Assembly (NCBI GenBank): GCA_951812625.1
Contig: CATOSP010000003.1
Span: 18,417 to 82,416 of the forward strand
Direction of reading: 5' to 3'
Length of the DNA stretch: 64,000 nt
Source of the DNA: an uncultured Dehalococcoidia bacterium
GTDB lineage: Bacteria > Chloroflexota > Dehalococcoidia > Lucifugimonadales > UBA3495
Below, piece after piece: positions 9,868 through 18,638 of the stretch (the stretch's first letter is position 1; each line of letters starts with the position of its first letter). The translations under genes and the position numbers were made by a program. The notes below the pieces were generated by a model. It was not told the DNA's origin. It was given only the letters and a program-made list of their open reading frames with translations, and made no database searches.

Positions 9868-10155
9868 ATGGCAGCATACGCGATCGTTGACAGCGAGATT
9901 ACCGACCAGGCCCAGTTCGATGAATTCGCCAGTGCAATTGTCGGGGTCGTGGAGAGGTGCGGAGGCAAGTACCTGGTGCGCGGCGGCCCCACGGAAATAG
10001 TGTCGGGCAACCGGACGCCTCACCGGGTAGTAGTGATAGAGTTCGAAAACCTCGAGCGCGCGCAGGCCTATGCCAACGACCCCGAATCCAGGCGACTGGG
10101 CGAAATTCGGGACAGGAGCAGCGTTTCGACGACCATCATCGTCGATGGCGTGTAG
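9868..10155 (+). CDS. DUF1330 domain protein
   Basis: MAAYAIV...GGKYLVRGG...RVVVIEF..LERAQAY. Confidence 0.85.
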   Translation: MAAYAIVDSEITDQAQFDEFASAIVGVVERCGGKYLVRGGPTEIVSGNRTPHRVVVIEFENLERAQAYANDPESRRLGEIRDRSSVSTTIIVDGV

Positions 10156-10334
10156 CGCCCGCCCCTGCAGCCGCAGGCCCACCGCCACGGAACGACAGAC
10201 CGTGCGCCGGTGCAGGTCGATGCTTACAGGTCGATGCTTAAATGTATCTGGGACTGACCGGAGCGCTGCCATCTTGCTGTGGACGCTCCGGGAGGACCAA
10301 TTCGGAAACCGATAGGTGAGGAGAGGTTGTTGAC

Positions 10335-10622
10335 ATGGCAGCATACGTGATCGTTGATAACGAGATTACCGACCAGGCAGTGTTCGATGAGTACATCAGG
10401 GACATTCCCGCGGTCGTAGAGAGGAACGGGGGCAAGTACCTGGTGCGCGGCGGCCCCACGGAAATAGTGTCGGGCAGCCGGACGCCTCACCGGGTGGTGG
10501 TGATAGAGTTCGAAAACCTCGAGCGCGCGCAGGCCTATGCCAACGACCCCGAATCCAGGCGACTGGGCGAAATTCGGGACAGGAGCAGCGTTTCCACGAC
10601 CATCATCGTCGAGGGCTTGTAG
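10335..10622 (+). CDS. DUF1330 domain protein (second copy)
   Basis: Same motifs as the first copy. Confidence 0.85.
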   Translation: MAAYVIVDNEITDQAVFDEYIRDIPAVVERNGGKYLVRGGPTEIVSGSRTPHRVVVIEFENLERAQAYANDPESRRLGEIRDRSSVSTTIIVEGL

Positions 10623-10714
10623 CCGCTTAACGCTCCAGTCGCAGGTCAGCCAACACGAAATCCCGGACGGCAGATTCCTGGAAGACTTTCCTCCGCAGGA
10701 GATGGCGGTCGCTG

Positions 10715-11311
10715 GTGCTCGCCGCCTTTCTCCTGTTGGCTGCGGAGTTGGTGGCCGTGCGCCTGTGGGATGAATTCTATCCCGTGGAGTCGTGGCGTTC
10801 CGGTCCGATGCCGCCGCCCATCACCGAGGTGCAACAGCAATTTGCCGTCGAATTCGTGAGGGCATCGGGAATCGTGGAGCAAATCAACGGCGGCCAGGCT
10901 TGGAAAGTCACGGATGTGCGGGATGACACCCGGGGTCGGATTGTCAATGTATACGCCGAGTGGGACGAGCCCGTTGAAAGCAATGGGCCGTGGCTGACGA
11001 GCGGCGCGCCCGAATGGCTGGGCCGCAATTGCATCAACGTCCGCTCCCGCTTCCACCGGCCCATCAGCAACGTGCGTTTCCTGCGGCTCTCCGTCTCCCT
11101 CGAGGGCATGGAAGCCGTCAGGCTATGGCCCACCCCTCCACCGCAATTCATAGAACGGGACCTGGACGATGGGCCGAGGGCCGGCCGGGTAAACTTCCTG
11201 GGGAGCTACGAAATCTACAACCTGAAAGCCGGCCGGACCGTGTACAAGGGACCGATGCTGCTCTCTGCCTTCGTCCCCGGAACCTGCCCCCGCGGCGACC
11301 GCTACGACTAA
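10715..11311 (+). CDS. Secreted/membrane-anchored hypothetical protein (paralog of 7335..7952)
   Basis: Hydrophobic N-terminus; ASGIVEQINGGQAW, WDEPVESNGPW, TCPRGDRYD; start uncertain. Confidence 0.6.
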   Translation: MLAAFLLLAAELVAVRLWDEFYPVESWRSGPMPPPITEVQQQFAVEFVRASGIVEQINGGQAWKVTDVRDDTRGRIVNVYAEWDEPVESNGPWLTSGAPEWLGRNCINVRSRFHRPISNVRFLRLSVSLEGMEAVRLWPTPPPQFIERDLDDGPRAGRVNFLGSYEIYNLKAGRTVYKGPMLLSAFVPGTCPRGDRYD

Positions 11312-11371
11312 CCGCCAACCGCACCCGCCACAGGCACCTGACCTTTATACCCTGCAGGCTTCTTAACAAAC

Positions 11372-11397
11372 GTGGCCGCCCTGTTCAGGGCGGCCAC
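11372..11397. terminator. Hairpin between convergent genes
   Basis: gtggccgccctg-tt-cagggcggccac perfect inverted repeat. Confidence 0.6.
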
Positions 11398-11423
11398 TAT
11401 TCTTGATTCTTGGATGCCCCTGT

Positions 11424-11637
11424 TTATTCTTCAAGAAAGGCGCAAAACGCATCCATGTTCACTCCCTGCAACCCAGGGACGCTTGCAATAACTCAAAGGG
11501 TATGGCTCCTTGCTGTGGTCCACAACCACTGGGGCATCGGGCAACTCGGGATGTGCGTAGAAGGTTAGCCCATCCCGTTGACTCTCGATTGTATATCCCT
11601 GCCCCATGAGCGCGTGATCTATTTCAACCTCTCTCAC
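11424..11637 (-). pseudogene. HicA-like small protein, apparently frameshifted near its 3' end
   Basis: HALMGQGYTIESQRDGLTFYAHPELP..VVVDH dsRBD-like pattern; a plausible tail LQGVNMDAFCAFLEE lies in another frame; directly follows a HicB-like gene. Confidence 0.35.
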
Positions 11638-11641
11638 CAGC

Positions 11642-11962
11642 CTAACTGGTTGCAACGAGAGTCTCCTCCGTGTCCACGGTGAGATGCACAACCCAGCGCC
11701 GCTCGTCGTCCCTCGTGGTGTACTCTACTCCGTGCTTGTCCAAGTAGGACTGGAGGTAGGTCAGGCCATCTTCGTTCCGGTCGGTAATGTTGTCCATCGT
11801 GAAGTCCACGGCCACTCTCAGCCTCTTCACGGCGTCCTCTTTATTGTCGGCAAATACCATGATGCCGAGGCCCTTCTCGAAGGCCATCCAGTGCGGTCCT
11901 GTGTCCTGGACCCCCACGCGAAGGTCAAGCTCGAGGATTTGGTTACGCTTCAAATTAGCCAT
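11642..11962 (-). CDS. HicB-like antitoxin
   Basis: WMAFEKGLGIMVFADNKEDAVKRLRVAV partial RNase H-like HicB pattern; GGAG RBS. Confidence 0.5.
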   Translation of the reverse strand: MANLKRNQILELDLRVGVQDTGPHWMAFEKGLGIMVFADNKEDAVKRLRVAVDFTMDNITDRNEDGLTYLQSYLDKHGVEYTTRDDERRWVVHLTVDTEETLVATS

Positions 11963-12136
11963 GTTGCCTACTCCTGCACGGTCATCGTAGGTAGGTGTGC
12001 TATAGTTGTCAACGGCGACCAATGCGGCGGGGTCACCATTCGCTCGCTGCTTCCGCTGCTTGCATACTGCATCAGTCCTCGGAACCCTGTTGTAGAATTC
12101 GGATATACGAAGCAAGTTCAATCGGGGAAAACAACG

Positions 12137-12739
12137 GTGGGACGGTTCAACTGGGGCATCGAGGGGGCGCCCGACGAGGCTTATTCGCGGGTAACGGAGC
12201 CGGAACGGTTCAGGCCGTTGCACGAGTGGGCGCTCGAGTCCGTGGCGCGACTGCAATCGGAGTATGAAGTCAGCCTGGATGAAGGCGAGGGAATCGACGC
12301 CGGGTTGGAACGGGTCCCGCTTGCCAGGCCAACATTGAAGCTGATGCCCCTCCAGGATTCGTGTGCGCCCATCACGATCGCTTTTACCGACTTCCCCGGC
12401 CTTGGCGTCCGGGTAGGCCACTGCGTCATCGAATGGTTCCCGTCCTGCGGTTGCGATGCGTGCGACGAAATGCCGGACGACGAATTCGAGAGGTTCACGG
12501 AGCTATTGAGTGACGTCGTGGCCGGGCGCTTCCGGGAATCCCTGGACCTGGGACTCGCGGGTGACGGACGGAGCAGCATGGAACTGTGGAGTGGTAACCA
12601 CCGCCGCAGCTCCGGGGGAACGCGGGTGCTACGTGACGAAGCGTCCCGGATCTTGAATGGCAAGAAGAAAATTGCTCTGGCGTGGATGCCCTGGCACACA
12701 AAATCGCACGACATACCTACCCGCCAGCCGCAAATATAG
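12137..12739 (+). CDS. DUF6226-like hypothetical protein
   Basis: WGIEGAPDEAYSRVTEPERFRPLH...FPSCGCDACDE; GTG start. Confidence 0.6.
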   Translation: MGRFNWGIEGAPDEAYSRVTEPERFRPLHEWALESVARLQSEYEVSLDEGEGIDAGLERVPLARPTLKLMPLQDSCAPITIAFTDFPGLGVRVGHCVIEWFPSCGCDACDEMPDDEFERFTELLSDVVAGRFRESLDLGLAGDGRSSMELWSGNHRRSSGGTRVLRDEASRILNGKKKIALAWMPWHTKSHDIPTRQPQI

Positions 12740-12986
12740 CACCATGCTAGATAGTCGCCGCTTATGTGGCTCACTGGAGTCCGGCGCAAGGCTCGCTTGA
12801 CATGACATCGGGTGGACACTACCATCCTGTCCACTAACTGTCCATAAATTCAACGCAAGCCACTAAGTGAATTACGATAATCGTAGCGATGGCCAATGCC
12901 CGGTACACTTAACTGACGCCGGGTAGCCGCACCTCACCTTCCCTCCAACGGACAAAATCGCTTTAGGGCATGGAGAGCCTTCGCAC

Positions 12987-13403
12987 ATGAGCCAGCCCGC
13001 ACCCATTGTCGATTTCCCTGTTGACCATCAGGATGCCGTTGAATATCTGCGGGCCAACGGTCGGCCCATCCTTGCCGATAAACTGGTCACTTTGTTGCAA
13101 AACATAGACGAGGACCCGGACGAACCCGAGGTCAACATCGTCTCTCTGCGGGATATGGCCCGTTGCCTGGTGGAGCATGGTGATTTCGCAGACCCCTCAA
13201 TCGGCTCCGACAGATACAGTATGGTATATGCCCAGTGGCGAATCATGGGCGATGGGGTCCTGGTCCTGAGTTTCCTGGGGAACGGCGAGACTCTGCTGGT
13301 CGCCCAGGCTGACAGGGACGGGTCCCCAGTAGATGTCAGTGAGGAGGGAAGACTGCAGGACGTTATCAAGGAATATGAGTGTCTTGTACCCCGCCGCCAA
13401 TGA
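12987..13403 (+). CDS. Hypothetical protein, upstream partner of an ART-like gene
   Basis: Acidic 138-aa ORF, RBS GGAGAG, overlaps the next gene. Confidence 0.55.
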   Translation: MSQPAPIVDFPVDHQDAVEYLRANGRPILADKLVTLLQNIDEDPDEPEVNIVSLRDMARCLVEHGDFADPSIGSDRYSMVYAQWRIMGDGVLVLSFLGNGETLLVAQADRDGSPVDVSEEGRLQDVIKEYECLVPRRQ

Positions 13404-13842
13404 CCTTTCCAGCGGGGATAAACTTCCTGGCAGCGATGAAGTGGCTCGATACTGCAAACCCTCCGAGTACGACCTGGACGAAAACATGCCACTGGTCGGA
13501 GCGTTTCTCAGAAGGCAGGACGAACCCGACCTATCGGTCAATCGCCTGCAATTCTTTCAAGGCGCTGACAGGTCATCTGCGGTTGACTGTGTGAGGACCG
13601 AAGTCGGGGACCATTATCAACTCAGACGAAATGGACGGTTCGTGGTACTCAATGTGGGAGGTGTTCAGTCTGCCGCAAAGCAAAATGGGTTTGACGTGAG
13701 CATCATATACACACCCGAACTCCTTCGTCCCTCACACTCGTCCATTGTTGACTTGCCTCCAACCCGTAAGGATGAGTTGACGGTAGCCGCTGCTTTCTTG
13801 CGGTTGATCACCCCCGCCGACATCTATCCTGCCGTTCTCTGA
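13375..13842 (+). CDS. Hypothetical protein with an ADP-ribosyltransferase/RES-like R...S...H signature
   Basis: VARYC...AFLRR...DLSVN...PSHSSI. Confidence 0.5.
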   Translation: MSVLYPAANDLSSGDKLPGSDEVARYCKPSEYDLDENMPLVGAFLRRQDEPDLSVNRLQFFQGADRSSAVDCVRTEVGDHYQLRRNGRFVVLNVGGVQSAAKQNGFDVSIIYTPELLRPSHSSIVDLPPTRKDELTVAAAFLRLITPADIYPAVL

Positions 13843-13914
13843 CCACGCTGGTCTGCCGCTGCCCGCCCTGAATGTCCAACAGTCCCCCAACCAACCCGCA
13901 ACGGCCAAAAAAAC

Positions 13915-15216
13915 ATGAACACCACCGAAGCAAAACCGAAAGCCATCTTCCACGGCTGGTACATCCTGGCCGCCATCTTCTTCATCTCCGTGGTCAGCAA
14001 CGGCGCGCGCACCGCCTTTGGCGCGTTCGTCATCCCCATGGAGACCGACTTCGAATGGAGCCGTGGCACCATCTCCATGGCTGGCGCCGTCGGCTTCGTC
14101 ATTGGCGGACTCTCCCAGCCCTTCATGGGACAGGTCCTCGACCTGCTTGGCGGCAGAAAGGTGATCAGCATCAGCCTGGTCATCCTGGGAATCTCCACCG
14201 CCCTGCTCAGCTTCACCTTCCACCTGCTCTTCCTGGTCTTCGTGTTCGGGCTGGTGTCCTCCATCGCCCTCAGCGGCGCGTCCACCACCAACACCGGCGC
14301 GGTGCTGGCCCGGTGGTTCCGCCGCCGCCGCGCCACGGTCATGGGCCTCAACACCGGCGGCGTCTCCCTGGGCGGACTCATAATGGTCCCTTTCGCCGTC
14401 TACCTCATCCAGGCCGCAGACTGGCGTGTCGCCTGGGGCGCGCTGGGACTGATAATCCTGGTGCTGGCCGCCCCCCTGGCCTGGTTCGCCCTGCGCGACG
14501 ACCCGGCCCCCATGGGCCTCCAGCCCGACGGCGACCCCGATCCCAAGGAGCAAGGCGGACGCAACGCCCAGCCCCGGCAGCGGGGGCCGCTGGAAGTGGA
14601 AAAGTGGTCCGAGTCCTTCCGCTCCCTCCCCTTCTGGCAGCTCAGCGGCGCGCTCACCGTCTGCGGCACCACCACCGCTATCATCTCCTTCCACTTCATC
14701 GCCTTCGCCTCCGACAAGGGAGTCCCCGGCTCCACCGCTGCGGTGATCTTCGGCCTGATGATGTTCATGAACGCCACCGGCAGCATCAGCGTCGGCTTCC
14801 TGGCCGACAGGTTCAGCGCCAAGAACCTCCTGGCCCTCACCTACTTCACCCGTGGCCTGGCCTACGTCATCCTCCTCACCGTTCCCGGCGAGATGGGCAT
14901 GTGGATATTCGCCGTCGTTGCCGGAACGTCCTGGATTGCCACCAACCCGCCCACAACCTCCCTCACCGCCGACATCTACGGCGTCCGCGCCCTCGGCACC
15001 ATCGGCGGAATCTCCTTCCTGTTCCACCAGATAGGCGGCGCGGCCAGCATCCTCATGGCCGGTGTCCTCTACGACCTCACCGGCTCCTACCAGCTTCCCT
15101 TCGCCATCGCCGGGTCGCTGCTGTTCCCGGCTGCGCTGGCGGCGTTCACCATCAAGGAGAAGAAATACTCCATCCGCTACCAGCCGCCCGTCCCCGCTGG
15201 CGCGGCCTCCGGCTGA
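13915..15216 (+). CDS. MFS transporter (paralog of 4749..6062)
   Basis: FHGWYIL, LARWFRRRRATVMG, TTSLTADIYG, KYSIRY shared with the first copy. Confidence 0.9.
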   Translation: MNTTEAKPKAIFHGWYILAAIFFISVVSNGARTAFGAFVIPMETDFEWSRGTISMAGAVGFVIGGLSQPFMGQVLDLLGGRKVISISLVILGISTALLSFTFHLLFLVFVFGLVSSIALSGASTTNTGAVLARWFRRRRATVMGLNTGGVSLGGLIMVPFAVYLIQAADWRVAWGALGLIILVLAAPLAWFALRDDPAPMGLQPDGDPDPKEQGGRNAQPRQRGPLEVEKWSESFRSLPFWQLSGALTVCGTTTAIISFHFIAFASDKGVPGSTAAVIFGLMMFMNATGSISVGFLADRFSAKNLLALTYFTRGLAYVILLTVPGEMGMWIFAVVAGTSWIATNPPTTSLTADIYGVRALGTIGGISFLFHQIGGAASILMAGVLYDLTGSYQLPFAIAGSLLFPAALAAFTIKEKKYSIRYQPPVPAGAASG

Positions 15217-15343
15217 CCGGGGGAACTCCCATGAAACCAGCCCAAAACCGCACCCGGTCCGCCACCTCCCCCTTTCGCAAAAGTGGGATTGAGGGGGATT
15301 CCTCCGCACGCCAGCAGATTCGCGTGGACTTGAGATAGTTTCT

Positions 15344-15577
15344 ATGTGGGCCATCCTCCACTCCGTCGCCAGCCACCACGCCGACTCGGCAGACCCAACG
15401 CTGCTGGCCTGGATCAAGGAAGTGCTCGACCACTGGTTCGGCGTCGGACCCTGGGCTTTCGTCGCGGTGCTGGCCGTGATAATCCTGGCCATGCCCCTGG
15501 GCCTCATCGCCTTCTACCTGTCCCAGCGCCGCCGGGAGACCCACACCCCCCAACCCCCAATCTCCACCGACCGTTAA
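15344..15577 (+). CDS. Small membrane protein
   Basis: Hydrophobic stretch AFVAVLAVIILAMPLGLIAFYL; host-like codon usage. Confidence 0.6.
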   Translation: MWAILHSVASHHADSADPTLLAWIKEVLDHWFGVGPWAFVAVLAVIILAMPLGLIAFYLSQRRRETHTPQPPISTDR

Positions 15578-15855
15578 CCCCGCGTACACCCCCCACAATT
15601 CCCGCGAAAGCTTACCCTCGACCTGGCCGGGGCGGGATTCCACCGGCTCACATCAAGATTCCCCTGTGGATTCACCCCCATACCCTTGCCCATAGAACAG
15701 GAAGGGAGTAGACTATTCCAGCGCAGCAGGCGTGCCCACTGCCCCTGGGCCGGAAGCGCAGCCTTTTACTCGGGCAGCAGGGCTGATGAATGCCAAGACC
15801 GGTCTAAAAGCGGAGGAGGGCCGGTCCCACATACGGAGGTATGGAGTCACCAGCT

Positions 15856-16041
15856 ATGTTCGATAGAGAATCCTTGGAAGCGCTACATGAAGAGCTACGG
15901 GACGAATTCGAGCTTGAGCCGGAATGGGAAGACATCCAGCGGGACGCCCACCTGGGAGTAGCCCGCTCCGACGCGGGGGTGGACCTGGAAGGTATTGACG
16001 CCCGCGTGGTCGCCCTGATCGAAAAGCACAATCCCGACTAG
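15856..16041 (+). CDS. Small acidic hypothetical protein
   Basis: MFDRESLEALHEELRDEFELEPEW...; GGAG upstream; hairpin downstream. Confidence 0.55.
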   Translation: MFDRESLEALHEELRDEFELEPEWEDIQRDAHLGVARSDAGVDLEGIDARVVALIEKHNPD

Positions 16042-16142
16042 GTCCCCCGGACTCCTGGGCCGGCAAAAACGCCGGCCCCCCAGGGCGCATCGCGGACCAG
16101 GGAAGAACACTCCCGCCGTCCGCGAACCGCCAAACGGCAACC

Positions 16143-16188
16143 AAAAGACCCGCTTGAGAGGCTATGGGCCATCCTCAAGCGGGTTTTC
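16143..16188. terminator. Bidirectional terminator-like hairpin (repeat family T, copy 1)
   Basis: aaaagacccgcttgag...ctcaagcgggttttc. Confidence 0.6.
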
Positions 16189-16220
16189 GTGCTGTACCCT
16201 CGACAGGGAATCGGCATTTT

Positions 16221-16973
16221 ATGAAAACATTATTTCTCGATGAGTCGGGCGACCATAACTTATCCGAAATTGGTCCTGAATATCCCATATTTGTCCTTGG
16301 CGGGGTCATTGTAGAAGACTATGACGAACACCAATTGACGGAACGACTCAGCGAATTCAAGCGTGATATGTTCCGCGCCACCGACATCATACTGCACACT
16401 GCCGATATAACCCGCAATCGGAACGGGTTCGAGGCTCTCCAGGACTCGCGCTTTCGGGACCAGTTTCGTGACCGCTTGAATGAACTGATGCGGACTCTGT
16501 CATACTCAGTTGTGGCCTGCGCGATACAAAAGAAAGAACACCTTGGCCGATATGGAGCGACTGCCCCGGACCCTTATATGCTCAGCCTCGAGACCCTGGT
16601 AGAACGCTTTTGCTTTGACATCGGAGACGCCAATAAAGGCGGCTTCATCAGTAGAGGTGGGGTTATAGTTGCGGAAAAGAGGGGCCCGGCGTTGGACCAG
16701 GAGTTGGAGTTTGCATGGTCGAAGCTGAAAAGCGAAGGCACATACTGCGTTTCAGCAAGGGATATAGAAGAGCGGATATTGGGATTGGACTTGCGTTCCA
16801 AGAGGGACAATATCGCCGGATTACAGTTGGCCGACCTGGTGGTTTCTCCTATCGGACGCCACATCATGGGCAAGAGAGACCACGAGGATTGGGAAATCGT
16901 CAATCAGAAATTTTGCATCAGCCCCGTGACGGGACAGTCGGAAGGCTATGGCCTCGTAATACTGCCAAAATAA
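16221..16973 (+). CDS. DUF3800 domain protein (RNase H-like fold)
   Basis: LFLDESGDH, IILHTADI, IAGLQLADLVVSPIGR, GYGLVILP. Confidence 0.85.
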   Translation: MKTLFLDESGDHNLSEIGPEYPIFVLGGVIVEDYDEHQLTERLSEFKRDMFRATDIILHTADITRNRNGFEALQDSRFRDQFRDRLNELMRTLSYSVVACAIQKKEHLGRYGATAPDPYMLSLETLVERFCFDIGDANKGGFISRGGVIVAEKRGPALDQELEFAWSKLKSEGTYCVSARDIEERILGLDLRSKRDNIAGLQLADLVVSPIGRHIMGKRDHEDWEIVNQKFCISPVTGQSEGYGLVILPK

Positions 16974-17053
16974 AAAGGCTGGCTCCCGCTACGCAGTGGC
17001 CAACCTGTAGAGTTGCCGTGAGGCTGGCCCCCGCTACGCAGTAACCAGTCTGC
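16968..17053 (-). ncRNA. DUF3800-associated two-hairpin small RNA, convergent with the gene
   Basis: Two 31-nt units (16976-17006, 17021-17051) sharing the loop cccgctacgcagt; upstream promoter and terminal U-tract on the minus strand. Confidence 0.6.
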
Positions 17054-17059
17054 AAATAT

Positions 17060-17088
17060 ATGTTATGTGGGTAGCTGGAGTGTGTCAA
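17060..17088 (-). promoter_or_regulatory. sigma70-type promoter for the small RNA
   Basis: Minus strand TTGACA (17088-17083), 17-bp spacer, TAACAT (17065-17060). Confidence 0.6.
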
Positions 17089-17096
17089 GCGCCGAC

Positions 17097-17155
17097 AAAA
17101 AGACCCGCTGGAGGATGGCCCAACGCCCCCTCCAGCGGGTTCTTTCATGTGGAGA
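17097..17155. terminator. Terminator-like hairpin (repeat family T, copy 2)
   Basis: aaaaagacccgctggagg...cctccagcgggttctttcatg. Confidence 0.6.
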
Positions 17156-17246
17156 GCGTCCCTGCCCAGCTTGCCGGAAGGAATGGAGAGCAGGTAGACT
17201 CGGGCAAGAGTATTAGTGATTCACTAAAAGAGTGGCAGTCGAAGAG

Positions 17247-17522
17247 ATGAAGACCGTCAGCGTCACCGTGGATGACGACACCCACCGGAGGCTCAGGATC
17301 ATGGCGGCCGAGCGGGGGACTTCAGTCTCGGCAATGATCAGGGACCACATGCTCAGCGTCATAAACGGCCCGGCCCAGGGTGACGCGGGGGAAACAGAGC
17401 CCGAAAGACGCCGCCGCAGGCTGGCCGAGTTGACCGGGGAATTCCTCGACAAGGGCATCGGGCTCTCCATGTCCGACAACCTTGCCAGGGAGGAGATGTA
17501 CCAGGAGCGTGCGCCTCGCTGA
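17247..17522 (+). CDS. RHH/CopG-type antitoxin (VapB-like)
   Basis: MKTVSVTVDDDTHRRLRIMAAERGTSVSAMIRD...LAREEMY. Confidence 0.8.
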   Translation: MKTVSVTVDDDTHRRLRIMAAERGTSVSAMIRDHMLSVINGPAQGDAGETEPERRRRRLAELTGEFLDKGIGLSMSDNLAREEMYQERAPR

Positions 17523-17931
17523 TTCCAACATCCTCCTCTACGCCGTCAGCTCTGATCCGGCGGAGGCCGGCAAGCGCGCCAGGGCCATAGAGGTCCTGGG
17601 AGAGGACTCCCTGGCCTTGTCGGTCCAGGTCCTCCAGGAATTCTACTACCAGGCAACCCGCCAGTCCCGGCCAGGCAGGCTCAGCCACGCCGCCGCCCTG
17701 CGCTTCATAGACCGGCTGGCGGAAGTGCCCGTGCAACCGGTGACAACCCGGGTCTTCCGGAGGGCGGCGGAAATCAGCGACCGCTTCGGCATATCTTACT
17801 GGGACGCCGCCATCCTGGCGGCAGCACAGCTCATCGGGTGCGAGGCGGTCTACTCCGAAGACATGAACGACCAGCAAGACTACGGCGGACTAAGGGTAAT
17901 CAACCCCTTCAACCAGCAACACCCCGCCTGA
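17509..17931 (+). CDS. vapC: PIN domain toxin (VapC)
   Basis: ADSNILLYA, SVQVLQEFY, ISYWDAAILAAA, VYSEDM. Confidence 0.88.
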   Translation: MRLADSNILLYAVSSDPAEAGKRARAIEVLGEDSLALSVQVLQEFYYQATRQSRPGRLSHAAALRFIDRLAEVPVQPVTTRVFRRAAEISDRFGISYWDAAILAAAQLIGCEAVYSEDMNDQQDYGGLRVINPFNQQHPA

Positions 17932-18040
17932 GGACGCACCGAAGCCAACACCCCCTCCAGCGGGTTCTTTCATGCGGAGACTAACCCAGAAACGGAAAAG
18001 CCCCGGTAGGACTACCGAGGCCCCTTGCAGCACTGCTGAA

Positions 18041-18289
18041 TTACCGGATTAGACCCAGCCGTCTGGCGTCCTCTTCAGTCCACTGAGTGCCGTTCAATAC
18101 GTTGCCCAATGTCCCGCGTGGCAGGGTGTCGCTGCCCCGGTGGTAATGGATCAGGGCCTTTCTGCCGTCAGGATGTCGGTACATCCGGCTAGAACCTCTA
18201 GGCCGCTGATAAAGTCTGAATCCATCTCGTTCCAATGCCTGCACCAAGTCCCTTGCGGAGACGTTTCGCAGAAGATGGACCAGGTTCAT
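18041..18289 (-). CDS. hicA: HicA family toxin
   Basis: ALERDGF..RGSSRMYRHPDGRKALIHYH..DTLPRGTL; the usual GSH histidine is Ser. Confidence 0.75.
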   Translation of the reverse strand: MNLVHLLRNVSARDLVQALERDGFRLYQRPRGSSRMYRHPDGRKALIHYHRGSDTLPRGTLGNVLNGTQWTEEDARRLGLIR

Positions 18290-18513
18290 GGGTGAATCGC
18301 TACTGTGTCCTCAAACGCCTCTACTTCATCATTGGGAACAGGCTCGCCATACTCCAGCATACACTCGACGAACAAGGCCGTTCCCTCACGCAACGCTTCC
18401 AATGCCTCGTCCTTCGTATACCCCCAGGCGGCGCAACCGGGCAGCGAGTCAATCCACGCGCTCCAGCGCCCATCGGCCTCTTCTTGCAGCGAAACCTTGA
18501 ATGTATACGTCAT
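18286..18513 (-). CDS. hicB: HicB family antitoxin
   Basis: WSAWIDSLPGCAAWGYTKDEALEALRE...GEPVP. Confidence 0.85.
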   Translation of the reverse strand: MTYTFKVSLQEEADGRWSAWIDSLPGCAAWGYTKDEALEALREGTALFVECMLEYGEPVPNDEVEAFEDTVAIHP

Positions 18514-18638
18514 CGGAATTCGTCCTGACCGTTGACAGTGTACTTACGTCATTATACCCTTGAACAGTAAGAACCGGGCGGGGTTCCCTGCGGGAATCAC
18601 ATCTGGTTCTTTCTTTTCTTTGAAGATTCCCCTGAATC

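Larger units (their letters stand above)
9760..10622 (+). repeat. 467-bp tandem duplication (leader + DUF1330 gene)
   Basis: The sequence from 9760 is repeated from 10227 with an identical leader; a 14-bp unit caggtcgatgctta is doubled at 10213-10240. Confidence 0.95.

Noticed and set aside
9868-10622. Diversity-generating retroelement TR/VR pair
   Set aside because: Differences are not adenine-specific and no reverse transcriptase is present in the window.
15265-15300. ctccccctttcgcaaaagtgggattgaggggg element, similar to 21358-21388
   Set aside because: Resembles a common short intergenic palindromic repeat; too degenerate to add beyond the repeat R finding.
16976-17051. Possible mini-CRISPR array
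   Set aside because: Only two units, a 14-nt gap and no cas genes; treated as a DUF3800-associated RNA instead.
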